A stretch of DNA of 64,000 nucleotides from Bacillota bacterium. GTDB lineage: Bacteria; Bacillota; Clostridia; Lachnospirales; Lachnospiraceae. The position numbers and the translations under genes were made by a program. Location: NCBI GenBank assembly GCA_023414875.1, contig JAEZMV010000017.1, positions 207,267-271,266 on the forward strand. Reading direction: 5' to 3'. The notes beneath the pieces were generated by a model, which saw nothing but the letters and a program-made list of their open reading frames with translations, ran no database searches and had not been told where the DNA came from. The stretch's first letter is position 1; every line of letters starts with the position of its first letter. Positions 10,713-21,852 of the stretch are shown here, piece after piece.

Positions 10713-11528
10713 CTAGAGCATCTCGTAAATAGGTTTTCCCTGAACAAAGTTTGCATAATATCGGAAGCCGATGCTTTTAAGCAGGTCCGGTATTAAATGA
10801 AAATCGTAACATAGGTGTTCGGGTTTATGAGCATCGGAGCCGATCGTGATTAGTTCACCGCCAAGCTCTTTATAACGGATTAATATCTCCGCTTTCGGAT
10901 GAGGATATCCAAGGCCGTATTTTAAGCCGGCGGTATTTATTTCAATACCCTTGCCATAAGATATGATGGTTTTGAGAACCTCATCCAGTAGGTCGGCGTA
11001 TTCATGATAGTTATAATCTATCTTTTGCTCAGACTGTCCGGGTACATAACGGATGATATAGTCAAGATGTCCGTAAATATGAAATCCTTGAAAGGATTTA
11101 CAGTTTATGAGGATGGACTCAAAATAATTTTGAATCCCCTCTTTCAGAGTACGAGTTTCCCAATATACTGGATAATAAGGATCGTCATGATCAACGACAT
11201 GGGAGGAGCCTAATACAAAATCAAAGGGATAGCTATCTAGTAAAGCTGACATCCGAGTGGTTAGGTGAGGCTGCAAACCTAACTCAATGCCAGTAAGTAT
11301 AGTAATCTGCTTCTGATAAGCTTCCTTCAGTTTGTTCAGTTTTTTTGTATATTCCTCAGGGTCAAATTCAAAGTTATATTTACTAACCGGAGGATAATCA
11401 TAATCCATATGGTCAGTAAAACAGATTCTTTTTAATCCTAATTGAATAGCCCGTTCAATTATTTGCTCCATAGGAGCTTTTGAATCACTGGAAAAATCGG
11501 AATGCACATGATAATCGGCAATAATCAT
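10713..11528 (-). CDS. PHP-family histidinol-phosphatase (HisJ/HisK-like)
   Basis: DYHVHS, TDH, GIELG, GSSH, GHLD, EINT, GSDAH metal-binding motifs. Confidence 0.85.
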   Translation of the reverse strand: MIIADYHVHSDFSSDSKAPMEQIIERAIQLGLKRICFTDHMDYDYPPVSKYNFEFDPEEYTKKLNKLKEAYQKQITILTGIELGLQPHLTTRMSALLDSYPFDFVLGSSHVVDHDDPYYPVYWETRTLKEGIQNYFESILINCKSFQGFHIYGHLDYIIRYVPGQSEQKIDYNYHEYADLLDEVLKTIISYGKGIEINTAGLKYGLGYPHPKAEILIRYKELGGELITIGSDAHKPEHLCYDFHLIPDLLKSIGFRYYANFVQGKPIYEML

Positions 11529-11568
11529 AATAAATCTCCTTTAGAAATGCATTTGGTTAAGGGTTTTG

Positions 11569-13335
11569 CTACGGTACAAGATTTATTCCGGAGATATCCG
11601 TTGAAGAAATTAAGGAATAATTCGTATAGTACACAACAAAGCCTGGTTTTCCGCCGCTGGTTTTTTTTACATTCTTCTTTAAAGTGTAGTCAATCTCCAC
11701 TTTATCGGCATCTCTTCCGCTGGAATAATAAGCAGCCAGTCTTGCTGCCTCTTCATAAGTTCGATCAGGGAGCTCCTTTCCATCAGCCTTCACAATTACG
11801 TGGGAACCGGCCATCTTCTTGGCATGGAACCACCAGTCGCCGCCATCAGCAAATTGGAAGGTTAACTCATCATTCTGATAATTATTTTTACCTACATAGA
11901 TATGATAACCGTCAGAAGAGATATAATGGAACGGCTTGCTTTTATTACCGGACTTTTTCGCTTTTACCTTCTTGCTTTGAGGTTCATTAACATATTTACG
12001 TTTGATATAACCGAAATCGGTTAATTCTCGCTTTAAGGCAATTAAATCAACTTCCTCGGCTGCGATATCTAATGCTGTTCGGATAGATTCTAGATGAGAT
12101 AGCTCATCCTTTGTTTCCTGAAGCTGTTGAGTCAGGGCATCATAGGTACGCTTTAGTTTATTGTATTTTTCAAAATAATGTTTTGCATTCTCCATCGGTG
12201 TTAGGGTTGGATCGAGCGGAATACTGATGTCTTCATTGGAGTAATAATTAACCGTATTCAATACCTTAACACCGGGTTCAAGACCATAGCCGTAGGCAGT
12301 AATCAATTCACCATATATCTTGAACTTATCCCTTTTATCAGTATCTGTAAGCTGCTTTAGCTGTAAGTCGTACTTTTTGCTTGTCCGATCAATTGCGTTT
12401 GATACTACCTTACGTAAATCGAAGGACTTTTGACGGATTCGTGCAACTGCATTTTTCGTAGAATAAAAGGCTTCCAGAAGAGAAGAGACGGAATTAAAGT
12501 GTTGCACCTCGTGATTAGGAAAGCAATGAAGTGTAACACTGGAGAAATCTACAGGAATACCGTCCTGAGATACAATATTCGGCGTAAACGCACCATTTTT
12601 TACGTCTTCCATAAGACGGTCAAAGGTTTTATAAAGATGCAAACCGGCGGTTTCACTAAGCTTATCGGTGATATCATCTGCTTCAAGGGAAGCCCGGCAG
12701 CAGATTTCATTGGCTAGAAGTGGGCTAATACCAGTGAAGCTGGAGTAAAGAGCCTTTCCGATAGACATTGGTTTTTTCAATACGAATTCCTGAAAAGCTT
12801 CGTAGGAGGCTGTCAAGGGATCCAGCTTCTCAGTGGTAGCCGGTATAAAGTACTCACGACCGGGTAAAACCTCCCGCACTGAACTAACAAACTGGTTTAT
12901 TCTTTTTATGCTGTCAATGATAATCATATCCTCATTACAGAAGATGATATTACTGTGTTTCCCCATCAACTCTATGATTAGATATTTTATCCTTTGGTCC
13001 CCCATTTCATCCAGATGTTCCAATTTAAAGTTAATGATTCGTTCTAAACCGGGTTGGAAAATATCCAAAATTCTGGCGCTGTTTAAATGCTTCCGTAACA
13101 GCATGCAGAAATTCGGAGCTGTGAGAGGACTCGGCTTCACGTTCTCAGTCAGATAAATTAAAGGAAGTCCGGCCCCCGCTGAGAGAAGAAGCTTGTATTG
13201 CTCTCTGGCCTGACCCTTTACAGTGATAAGCAATTCATCCTTTTCCGGCTGTGCTATTTTATTAATTCGGCCATCCAGTAAAGTTTCTCGTAATTCTTTT
13301 ATTAAATTAGCAATAACAACACCATCGAATGCCAT
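11569..13335 (-). CDS. rqcH: Ribosome quality-control factor RqcH (NFACT/FbpA family)
   Basis: MAFDG start, F.MLLRKHL, ELMGKHSN, coiled coils, VGKNNYQND, WFHAK..GSHV, AA.LAAYYS; RBS aaggag before ATG 13335. Confidence 0.92.
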   Translation of the reverse strand: MAFDGVVIANLIKELRETLLDGRINKIAQPEKDELLITVKGQAREQYKLLLSAGAGLPLIYLTENVKPSPLTAPNFCMLLRKHLNSARILDIFQPGLERIINFKLEHLDEMGDQRIKYLIIELMGKHSNIIFCNEDMIIIDSIKRINQFVSSVREVLPGREYFIPATTEKLDPLTASYEAFQEFVLKKPMSIGKALYSSFTGISPLLANEICCRASLEADDITDKLSETAGLHLYKTFDRLMEDVKNGAFTPNIVSQDGIPVDFSSVTLHCFPNHEVQHFNSVSSLLEAFYSTKNAVARIRQKSFDLRKVVSNAIDRTSKKYDLQLKQLTDTDKRDKFKIYGELITAYGYGLEPGVKVLNTVNYYSNEDISIPLDPTLTPMENAKHYFEKYNKLKRTYDALTQQLQETKDELSHLESIRTALDIAAEEVDLIALKRELTDFGYIKRKYVNEPQSKKVKAKKSGNKSKPFHYISSDGYHIYVGKNNYQNDELTFQFADGGDWWFHAKKMAGSHVIVKADGKELPDRTYEEAARLAAYYSSGRDADKVEIDYTLKKNVKKTSGGKPGFVVYYTNYSLISSTDISGINLVP

Positions 13336-13690
13336 AATAATCTCCTTATGAAAACGGTATAATACCGGGTTATCAAATATTCGTTGAAAATAATTCAAGT
13401 AGCTATCGTATTTATATATTCATGAATTATAGCATATCTTTTTATAAATGAATACCCTTTTCCCATCATATTGGTTTAAGTGCTTTGATTAAGCAAATAT
13501 TAGTTATTCCCTGTGAAAGATGAATATTAATTAAATATTAGTGAAAGATAATGAAGGATCACTGTTATTGAAAAATACAGTTTAATTAAGCGAGAATTGG
13601 GTGAAACTCTTTCAAAGCAAAATTCGAACAAGAATGAGTAGGCCTGTAGTATTTGTGTAATCATGCGCATATCGGTCAAAAAATGCATGA

Positions 13691-15148
<1,458 letters not shown>

Positions 15149-15215
15149 AATTATACTTAGATTACAAAGGGGTAATCTTATACGTATAACATAAGTACTT
15201 AATAATAATAAATTT

Positions 15216-15275
15216 AAGCTGTCTCAAAACAGCTGCATTTTAGAAGGTGCAGTCCTGTTTTAAGGCAGCTTTTTT
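15216..15275 (+). terminator. Intrinsic terminator after gdhA
   Basis: aagctgtctcaaaacag / ctgttttaaggcagctt plus a T-run. Confidence 0.75.
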
Positions 15276-15289
15276 GTTCAATAGGATTA

Positions 15290-15532
15290 GGTTGTCAATA
15301 GCGAACAGTATATTTTAATTCGTCAATATGCACTATTTCATAATTATGTTATACAGAACATAGTTCATGCGCAACACGCTGTCCCACAAAGCGCTGCAAA
15401 ATGCAGCGCTTGGATGAAGTACGTTACGACTCTCATACAGTTGCACATCAAACTATATTCTACATAACATTAAAGGCTAGTTGTTGATGTGCATATTGAC
15501 GAATGCTATTTTTTGTAAGGCTTTTGACACCC
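15290..15532. repeat. Nested-palindrome intergenic element (family B, copy 1), MITE/REP-like
   Basis: Outer imperfect IR ggttgtcaatagc / gcttttgacacc; perfect 16-bp IR 15318-15333 / 15489-15504; core gcaacacgct...cgcttggatgaa shared with 48525-48548. Confidence 0.7.
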
Positions 15533-15593
15533 TTATCTCAATGGGAAATAGCATCCTGAATAGTTTAAGCAAATATTTTTCAATAAAACACAT

Positions 15594-15627
15594 TCTCCAT
15601 AATATCTTCACAAGCAACTGTTATGAT
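15594..15627 (+). promoter_or_regulatory. Candidate response-regulator-activated promoter of the copper operon
   Basis: TCTCCAT (15594) and TCTTCAC (15605) direct repeats at 11-bp period in place of a -35; TGn-TATGAT 15622-15627. Confidence 0.5.
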
Positions 15628-15668
15628 AAATTAAGATTATTGATGAATTATTAATAAGGAGAATATAT

Positions 15669-17078
15669 ATGTCTTCAAGCATAATAAGAAAAACGTTATA
15701 TATTGTTAATATGTCCTGCGCTAACTGTGAGAATATCATTGAACAGGAATTATCTAAGGTAGCGGGGATTGAGCATGTTAGAGCAAACTATACTACAGGT
15801 ACTGCTACCGTAACGTTTGATGAGGATATCATCAGCATTGCAAAAATTGAAGAGCTGTTAGAGAAAGAAAATTATCATGTAAGAAGAGAAGAAATTCAAA
15901 ATTCAAGCACAGTTGCCTCTCCTAAAATGAACAACACAAGCCGGTCAGCTCAAACAGGATCAAAGGAAAAGGATTACACGGATTATGTCGCGATGGGCAT
16001 CATTATATTTGCTCTTTACATCATAGCAAAACGTTTTGGACTTATTAATATCTTTAATTCATTTCCGATTGCGAAAGAAGGTATGGGGTATGGTATGCTG
16101 TTTCTGATCGGAATACTGACCTCAGTCCACTGTGTAGCTATGTGCGGTGGTATCTGTCTTTCGCAATGTGTACCGAAGACAGAAGCAGGGGCTTATACCG
16201 ATAAATATTCTGCACTTCGACCAAGTTTATTATATAACCTGGGTAGAGTAATCTCATATACAGTAATCGGTGGTCTCGTTGGAGCAATCGGTTCTGTTGT
16301 GAGCTTCTCCGGAGTTATGAAAGGAATCGTTCAGATACTTGCCGGTGTTTTTATGGTAATCATGGGATTAAATATGCTAAATATATTTCCGTGGCTTCGA
16401 AAAATAAATCCAAGAATGCCGAAAATATTTGCTAAAAAGATTTACGCAAACAAAAACAGTAAAAGTCCTTTCATCATAGGATTATTAAACGGTTTCATGC
16501 CCTGTGGTCCTTTACAGGCCATGCAGCTATATGCACTTTCCACCGGAAGCTTGTTAAAAGGAGCTTTAGCAATGTTCTTATTCAGTGCAGGAACAGTGCC
16601 TTTGATGTTTGCTTTCGGAGCCCTCAGTTCTTTTCTTAGTAAAAAGTTAACAGTAAAGATGATGAAAGTATGTGCGATTTTAGTTGTTATCTTAGGTGTT
16701 TTCATGTTTAATAATGGTATGGGACAATCCGGCATATCCTTATCTATGCTTCCGAGGGGTGCAAATAATTCCGGAGCAGGTAATATCGCAACGATAGAGG
16801 ATGGAATACAGGTTATAACGACAGGGCTTTCCTCCGGTCGTTATGAGGCGATAACAGTCCAAAAGGGCACTCCGGTCAAATGGATTATCCAGGCAGAAAA
16901 GGGTGACATCAACGGATGTAATAATAGTATCATTATACCGAAATTAGGAATTCAGAAGGATCTTGAGGTGGGTGATAATATCATTGAATTTATACCGACC
17001 AAAAGTGAAACCATTCCTTATAGTTGCTGGATGGGAATGATAAGAAGTAATATTACGGTAGTAGATGATTTAAAGTAA
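15669..17078 (+). CDS. HMA + TauE/DsbD_2-type membrane domain + C-terminal cupredoxin-like domain protein
   Basis: MSCANC HMA motif; TSVHCVAMCGG, YNLGR and GFMPCGPL membrane motifs; GC...YSCWMGM at the C-terminus. Confidence 0.85.
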   Translation: MSSSIIRKTLYIVNMSCANCENIIEQELSKVAGIEHVRANYTTGTATVTFDEDIISIAKIEELLEKENYHVRREEIQNSSTVASPKMNNTSRSAQTGSKEKDYTDYVAMGIIIFALYIIAKRFGLINIFNSFPIAKEGMGYGMLFLIGILTSVHCVAMCGGICLSQCVPKTEAGAYTDKYSALRPSLLYNLGRVISYTVIGGLVGAIGSVVSFSGVMKGIVQILAGVFMVIMGLNMLNIFPWLRKINPRMPKIFAKKIYANKNSKSPFIIGLLNGFMPCGPLQAMQLYALSTGSLLKGALAMFLFSAGTVPLMFAFGALSSFLSKKLTVKMMKVCAILVVILGVFMFNNGMGQSGISLSMLPRGANNSGAGNIATIEDGIQVITTGLSSGRYEAITVQKGTPVKWIIQAEKGDINGCNNSIIIPKLGIQKDLEVGDNIIEFIPTKSETIPYSCWMGMIRSNITVVDDLK

Positions 17079-17152
17079 TTTTATAAATTCATAGATAAGC
17101 ATTCGAACCGATAATTAAGTAATTAATATAAATAGAAAATGGAGACAATCAT

Positions 17153-17662
17153 ATGAAACTTACAAAATACAGAAAGAAACTAATCATCATCTGTAGTGCG
17201 GTAATTATTCTTGTTGCATTAGCTTTTGATATTAAAGTTACTGATAAGAATGACAACAAATCCGATGAAGTAACCTCCACAGGTATAGGGGTAGCGAAGG
17301 ATAGTGATGTAGTAATTCCGGTAAAGGATATTACAGAAACAGTAGCATTTTATCCGGCAGAAATAAATGGGACTAAGCTTGAGGTGATGGCAGTAAAAGC
17401 TCCGGATGGTACCATACGCACTGCATTTAATACCTGTCAGGTATGTTATAGCTCCGGTCGTGGATATTATGAGCAGGAGGGTGATAAATTGATATGTCAA
17501 AACTGCGGTAATAGCTTTGGTATGGAGGAGGTTGAAGTTACCAAAGGTGGCTGTAACCCAGTTCCGATTACTCCTGAATATAAGACTGTAAATGATGATA
17601 CAATTACCATATCAAAAGATTTTTTAGCTGAAGCTACAGTGATTTTTGGGAATTGGAAATAA
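17153..17662 (+). CDS. Membrane-anchored DUF2318-type Cys-rich protein
   Basis: N-terminal TM helix; AFNTCQVC, GY, CQNCG, GGCNPVP. Confidence 0.8.
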   Translation: MKLTKYRKKLIIICSAVIILVALAFDIKVTDKNDNKSDEVTSTGIGVAKDSDVVIPVKDITETVAFYPAEINGTKLEVMAVKAPDGTIRTAFNTCQVCYSSGRGYYEQEGDKLICQNCGNSFGMEEVEVTKGGCNPVPITPEYKTVNDDTITISKDFLAEATVIFGNWK

Positions 17663-17701
17663 ATATTTGTCAATAAATAAACTGAAAGGTTGAGATAAAG
17701 A

Positions 17702-20164
17702 ATGAATAAAGAGACAATAAAAATAAGTGGTATGACCTGTGCTGCCTGCGCTCAGAGAGTGCAGAAGGCAGTCAGTAAAATAGATGGGATAGCCAATGCA
17801 AATGTAAATTTCGCTACAGAGAAATTATCCGTTGAGTTTGACGAACAGATAGCTTCTATTCCGGCAATCAAAGATGCTGTTGAAAATGCCGGATATGGCG
17901 TAGTAGAAGACAGTAAATCGAATCAGGTAACAATACCTATTGGTGGTATGACCTGTGCAGCCTGTGCCCAGAGAGTAGAAAAGGCAATCGCAAAGCTTGA
18001 GGGGATCTTGAAGGTATCGGTGAATTTGGCTACTGAGAAAGCAACCATAGAATATGATTCGCAGGTAATACGATTATCAGTGATTAAGCAATGTATTGAA
18101 AAAACCGGCTATAAAGCATTAGAAATAGAGAAGAATATAGTGGATGAGGATAAGCTTCGTAAGGAGAAAGAAATTAAGACACTTTGGATAAAATTCATTG
18201 TTGCATCTCTTTTTGGACTCCCATTATTATATTTCGCCATGGTTCCGATGATCTCCTGGTGGCCATTCCCGGTTCCAAGAGCACTTAACCCGATGTTGTA
18301 CCCATTACGTTTTGCTGTGCTTCAAATTGCGCTAACAACTCCAATTATTATTGCCGGTTATAAATTCTATACGGTAGGTTTTAAAGCACTGATCCAAAGA
18401 AGCCCTAATATGGACTCTTTGGTAGCAATCGGTACCTCGGCTGCGATTTCTTTCAGTTTGTACAATACCTACCGTATTATTAGCGGTGATTTTGGTGCAG
18501 TTGAAGGTTTATATTATGAAACAGCAGGTGTAATCATAGCTTTAATCCTGCTGGGTAAATCCTTAGAGGCAGTATCTAAGGGAAAAACCTCCGAAGCAAT
18601 TAAGAAACTTATGGGCCTGGCTCCAAAGACTGCAATTGTAGTTGAAGACGGAAAAGAAATTGAGGTTCCAATCGACGAAGTAGAAACCGGTGATATCATT
18701 CTTGTAAAGCCGGGTGAGAAGATTCCAGTGGACGGTATCGTCCTAGAAGGGCATACTTCGATTGATGAAGCAATGTTGACCGGAGAAAGTATGCCGGTGG
18801 ATAAAAAAGAAGGTGACAAGGTTTACGCAGCCAGTATTAATAAAAATGGTATGATAAAATTCAAAGCTACTAAGGTTGGAAGTGATACCGCACTAGCACA
18901 GATTATTAAGCTTGTGGAAGATGCCCAAGGTACAAAAGCTCCAATCGCACAGATGGCGGATATTGTATCCGGATATTTTGTTCCTATCGTATGTGTGATT
19001 GCAGTAATTGCATTTTTAGCATGGTTTATAACAGGTCATTCCTTGGCGTTTTCTTTAACAATCTTTATTTCAGTATTAGTAATTGCCTGCCCCTGTGCGT
19101 TAGGTCTTGCAACACCGACAGCAATTATGGTTGGAACCGGTAAAGGAGCGGAGAACGGAATACTTATTAAAGGTGGCGAAGCGTTAGAAACCACTCATAA
19201 AATTAATACGATCGTATTTGATAAGACAGGAACTATTACCGAAGGAAAGCCCGAGGTAACGGATATTGTAACGACAGGTACATTTCAAAGAGAGTATCTT
19301 CTTCAAATTGCTGCCTCAGGGGAAAAAGGTTCAGAGCATCCTTTTGGAGAAGCGATTGTAAGAGGAGCGGAAAAAGAAAAACTAGAATTCAAAAAGGTGG
19401 AGCAGTTTGAAGCTATCCCCGGACATGGGATTGAAGTGGTTATTGATGGACTGAAAGTACTGATTGGAAATAAAAAGCTAATGGATCATCGAAATATATC
19501 CTTAGAAGAATTAAAAGATAAATCTGACCAGCTTGCAGGCGAAGGCAAAACACCTATGTATGTGTCTATGAATAATCAGCTGGCCGGTATCATCGCTGTC
19601 GCAGATGTGGTTAAGGAAAGCAGTGCCAAAGCAATCAAAAAGCTTCAAGCGATGGGAATTGAAGTAGCCATGATAACCGGTGACAACCGGAAAACCTCAG
19701 AAGCTATCGCTAAACAGGTAGGAATTGATCGTGTTCTTGCAGAAGTACTTCCCCAGGATAAGTCAAATGAAGTGAAGAAGCTTCAGGCAGAAGGGAAAAA
19801 AGTCTGTATGGTAGGTGATGGCATTAATGATGCTCCGGCTCTTGTTCAGGCTGATATCGGTATGGCGATCGGATCAGGTACAGACGTAGCCATGGAATCA
19901 GCGGATATCGTACTTATGAGAAGTGACCTCATGGATGTACCTACAGCTATTCATTTAAGTAAAAGCACAATACGTAACATCAAACAGAATTTAGGTTGGG
20001 CATTTGGGTATAATGTGGCAGGAATACCGGTTGCGGCAGGACTGTTGTATCTTTTCGGTGGACCGTTATTAAATCCAATCTTTGCAGCGGCAGCAATGGC
20101 GTTTAGTTCAGTATCAGTAGTATCCAACGCTTTAAGATTAAAAAGATTTAAAGCATATCACTAA
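17702..20164 (+). CDS. copA: Cu(I)-translocating P1B-1 ATPase
   Basis: Two GMTCAAC domains, TGES, CPC, DKTGT, HP, GDGIND, YN and MxxSS TM motifs. Confidence 0.95.
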   Translation: MNKETIKISGMTCAACAQRVQKAVSKIDGIANANVNFATEKLSVEFDEQIASIPAIKDAVENAGYGVVEDSKSNQVTIPIGGMTCAACAQRVEKAIAKLEGILKVSVNLATEKATIEYDSQVIRLSVIKQCIEKTGYKALEIEKNIVDEDKLRKEKEIKTLWIKFIVASLFGLPLLYFAMVPMISWWPFPVPRALNPMLYPLRFAVLQIALTTPIIIAGYKFYTVGFKALIQRSPNMDSLVAIGTSAAISFSLYNTYRIISGDFGAVEGLYYETAGVIIALILLGKSLEAVSKGKTSEAIKKLMGLAPKTAIVVEDGKEIEVPIDEVETGDIILVKPGEKIPVDGIVLEGHTSIDEAMLTGESMPVDKKEGDKVYAASINKNGMIKFKATKVGSDTALAQIIKLVEDAQGTKAPIAQMADIVSGYFVPIVCVIAVIAFLAWFITGHSLAFSLTIFISVLVIACPCALGLATPTAIMVGTGKGAENGILIKGGEALETTHKINTIVFDKTGTITEGKPEVTDIVTTGTFQREYLLQIAASGEKGSEHPFGEAIVRGAEKEKLEFKKVEQFEAIPGHGIEVVIDGLKVLIGNKKLMDHRNISLEELKDKSDQLAGEGKTPMYVSMNNQLAGIIAVADVVKESSAKAIKKLQAMGIEVAMITGDNRKTSEAIAKQVGIDRVLAEVLPQDKSNEVKKLQAEGKKVCMVGDGINDAPALVQADIGMAIGSGTDVAMESADIVLMRSDLMDVPTAIHLSKSTIRNIKQNLGWAFGYNVAGIPVAAGLLYLFGGPLLNPIFAAAAMAFSSVSVVSNALRLKRFKAYH

Positions 20165-20185
20165 AATAAAAGGATGGTTATATAT

Positions 20186-20869
20186 ATGAGAAAGAAATTA
20201 CTTTTAGCCTCGGTTTCTCTGATTACCTTAATAGGCCTTGCTGCGTGTAACAAGCTTGATATTATAGGTGATTATTCGGTGAAATCCTTTGATAGTATGA
20301 TAAGTGCTGCAGACGGTATAGTGACTGGGGACTCGGAACTCGGTGGATGGTCTCTGGAAGCTCCGGATGGTACAGCTAGGTTTGTTTGGAGTCAGGATTT
20401 TAATAGAACAGCTACAAATGATGTATTCATAGAAGTGGATGCACAACCATTTATTAATGCTGGTTTGGATACCTCTAAGCTTCCGGCAGGTATGCAGGTT
20501 GGCGATAAGATTGTCGTAGGTACTGAGCTTGGAAATGATGCGTTAACCTATAAAGATGAGATCACTCCGTTAGCCTCCTATAAGTATATTCTTGAATTAT
20601 ATCGTGATACCATCACATATCATTCAGCCATGGATCATTATGGAGTAGATCTGACAAACGGCAATGTATTTGAATGGGCTAAAAATACAGCGACAAATGA
20701 TAAAGATATCGTCTTTGTTCTTAATCCTCAGCCCTTTATTGATGCCGGTATCGATCCGGCCAAGGTAGAAGGTTGGGTATTTACAAAGGTTGAAACGATG
20801 GATGAAACAGGGAAGAAGTTCGAAGTTGATAAGCTTTTAAAGCCATTTGATCTGGATGGAAAACAATAA
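20186..20869 (+). CDS. Uncharacterised lipoprotein with an internal two-fold repeat
   Basis: MRKK, hydrophobic stretch and LAAC lipobox; repeated QPFI.AG.D..K segment. Confidence 0.8.
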   Translation: MRKKLLLASVSLITLIGLAACNKLDIIGDYSVKSFDSMISAADGIVTGDSELGGWSLEAPDGTARFVWSQDFNRTATNDVFIEVDAQPFINAGLDTSKLPAGMQVGDKIVVGTELGNDALTYKDEITPLASYKYILELYRDTITYHSAMDHYGVDLTNGNVFEWAKNTATNDKDIVFVLNPQPFIDAGIDPAKVEGWVFTKVETMDETGKKFEVDKLLKPFDLDGKQ

Positions 20870-20940
20870 TTAGCATTAACGAATTGAACTATATTGTAAA
20901 TGCAGTTAGTGATATGATACGATATAAATACCTGATCTAT

Positions 20941-20980
20941 AAGGGGTTACTGCAGAGTCTTTTTCGCAGTCCCCTTTTTA
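20941..20980 (+). terminator. Intrinsic terminator after the copper operon
   Basis: aaggggttactgc / gcagtcccctt plus a T-run. Confidence 0.7.
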
Positions 20981-21107
20981 TGCAATAGAAAATTGAGTCC
21001 TATTACATAAAAAACGCTCCGCGTGGATGCGCACTCGACGCGAAACGCATATAAATATACGTAAGGAAATTATCACTACGTGAACGCGTTCGGCGCAGTC
21101 TGCTTTG
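20975..21107 (+). repeat. Terminator-associated dispersed repeat (family A, copy 1)
   Basis: Matches 36034-36139: caatag.aaattg.gtcctatt hairpin, ctccgc, tggatgcgcactcg.cgcgaaa, agtctgctttg. Confidence 0.8.
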
Positions 21108-21150
21108 TAGACTCTTTGTTCTACATATATTATAAACCCGGAGGTGGGAT

Positions 21151-21852
21151 ATGAATACTAATATTAAGAAGGTATTAGTAGTTGAAGATGAAGAGAAGAT
21201 TATGAATGTGGTAAAATCTTTTCTGGAAAGCAAGGGTTTTATTGTACTTACAGCGGAGGATGGCCGGAAAGCTTTAGAGGTATTTGAAAAGGATAATATT
21301 TCGATGGTATTGCTGGATCTTATGCTACCAGGATTATCAGGAGAAGAGGTATGTAAACAGCTTCGTAATAAATCCAAAGTGCCAATCATCATGCTGACAG
21401 CAAAGTCTGACGAGACAGCTATGTTAAAAGGACTGGGACTTGGAGCGGACGATTATATAACGAAGCCCTTTAGCTTAAAAGCGCTATTAGCAAGAATGGA
21501 AGCTGTCATGCGAAGAGCTTCTGAGGACATAATTTTGCTAACCAGTAAATACTCGTTTTACGAAGGGGACTTAACGATAGATACTGAGAACCACCTTATT
21601 ATGAAAAGATCGGAAGAGGTCAAGCTGACACCAAATGAATATAAAATTCTCGCAACCTTGATTAGGTTTCCGAATAAGGTATTTAGTAGAGATGAACTAA
21701 TTTTATCTGCATTTGGCAGCGATTTTGAAGGTTATGACAGAACGATTGATAGCCATATTAAGAACCTCAGACAGAAGATTGAGACAGATCCGAAAAATCC
21801 TGTTTATGTTAGAACCATATATGGAGTTGGTTATAAATTTGGAGGTGAATAA
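21151..21852 (+). CDS. OmpR/PhoB-family response regulator (BaeR-like)
   Basis: VVEDE, LLDLMLP, LTAK, KPF; winged helix with RTIDSHIKNLR and GVGYKF. Confidence 0.93.
   Translation: MNTNIKKVLVVEDEEKIMNVVKSFLESKGFIVLTAEDGRKALEVFEKDNISMVLLDLMLPGLSGEEVCKQLRNKSKVPIIMLTAKSDETAMLKGLGLGADDYITKPFSLKALLARMEAVMRRASEDIILLTSKYSFYEGDLTIDTENHLIMKRSEEVKLTPNEYKILATLIRFPNKVFSRDELILSAFGSDFEGYDRTIDSHIKNLRQKIETDPKNPVYVRTIYGVGYKFGGE

Noticed and set aside
21003..21392. 129-aa minus-strand ORF
   Set aside because: It is antisense to the response regulator and runs into the family A repeat.
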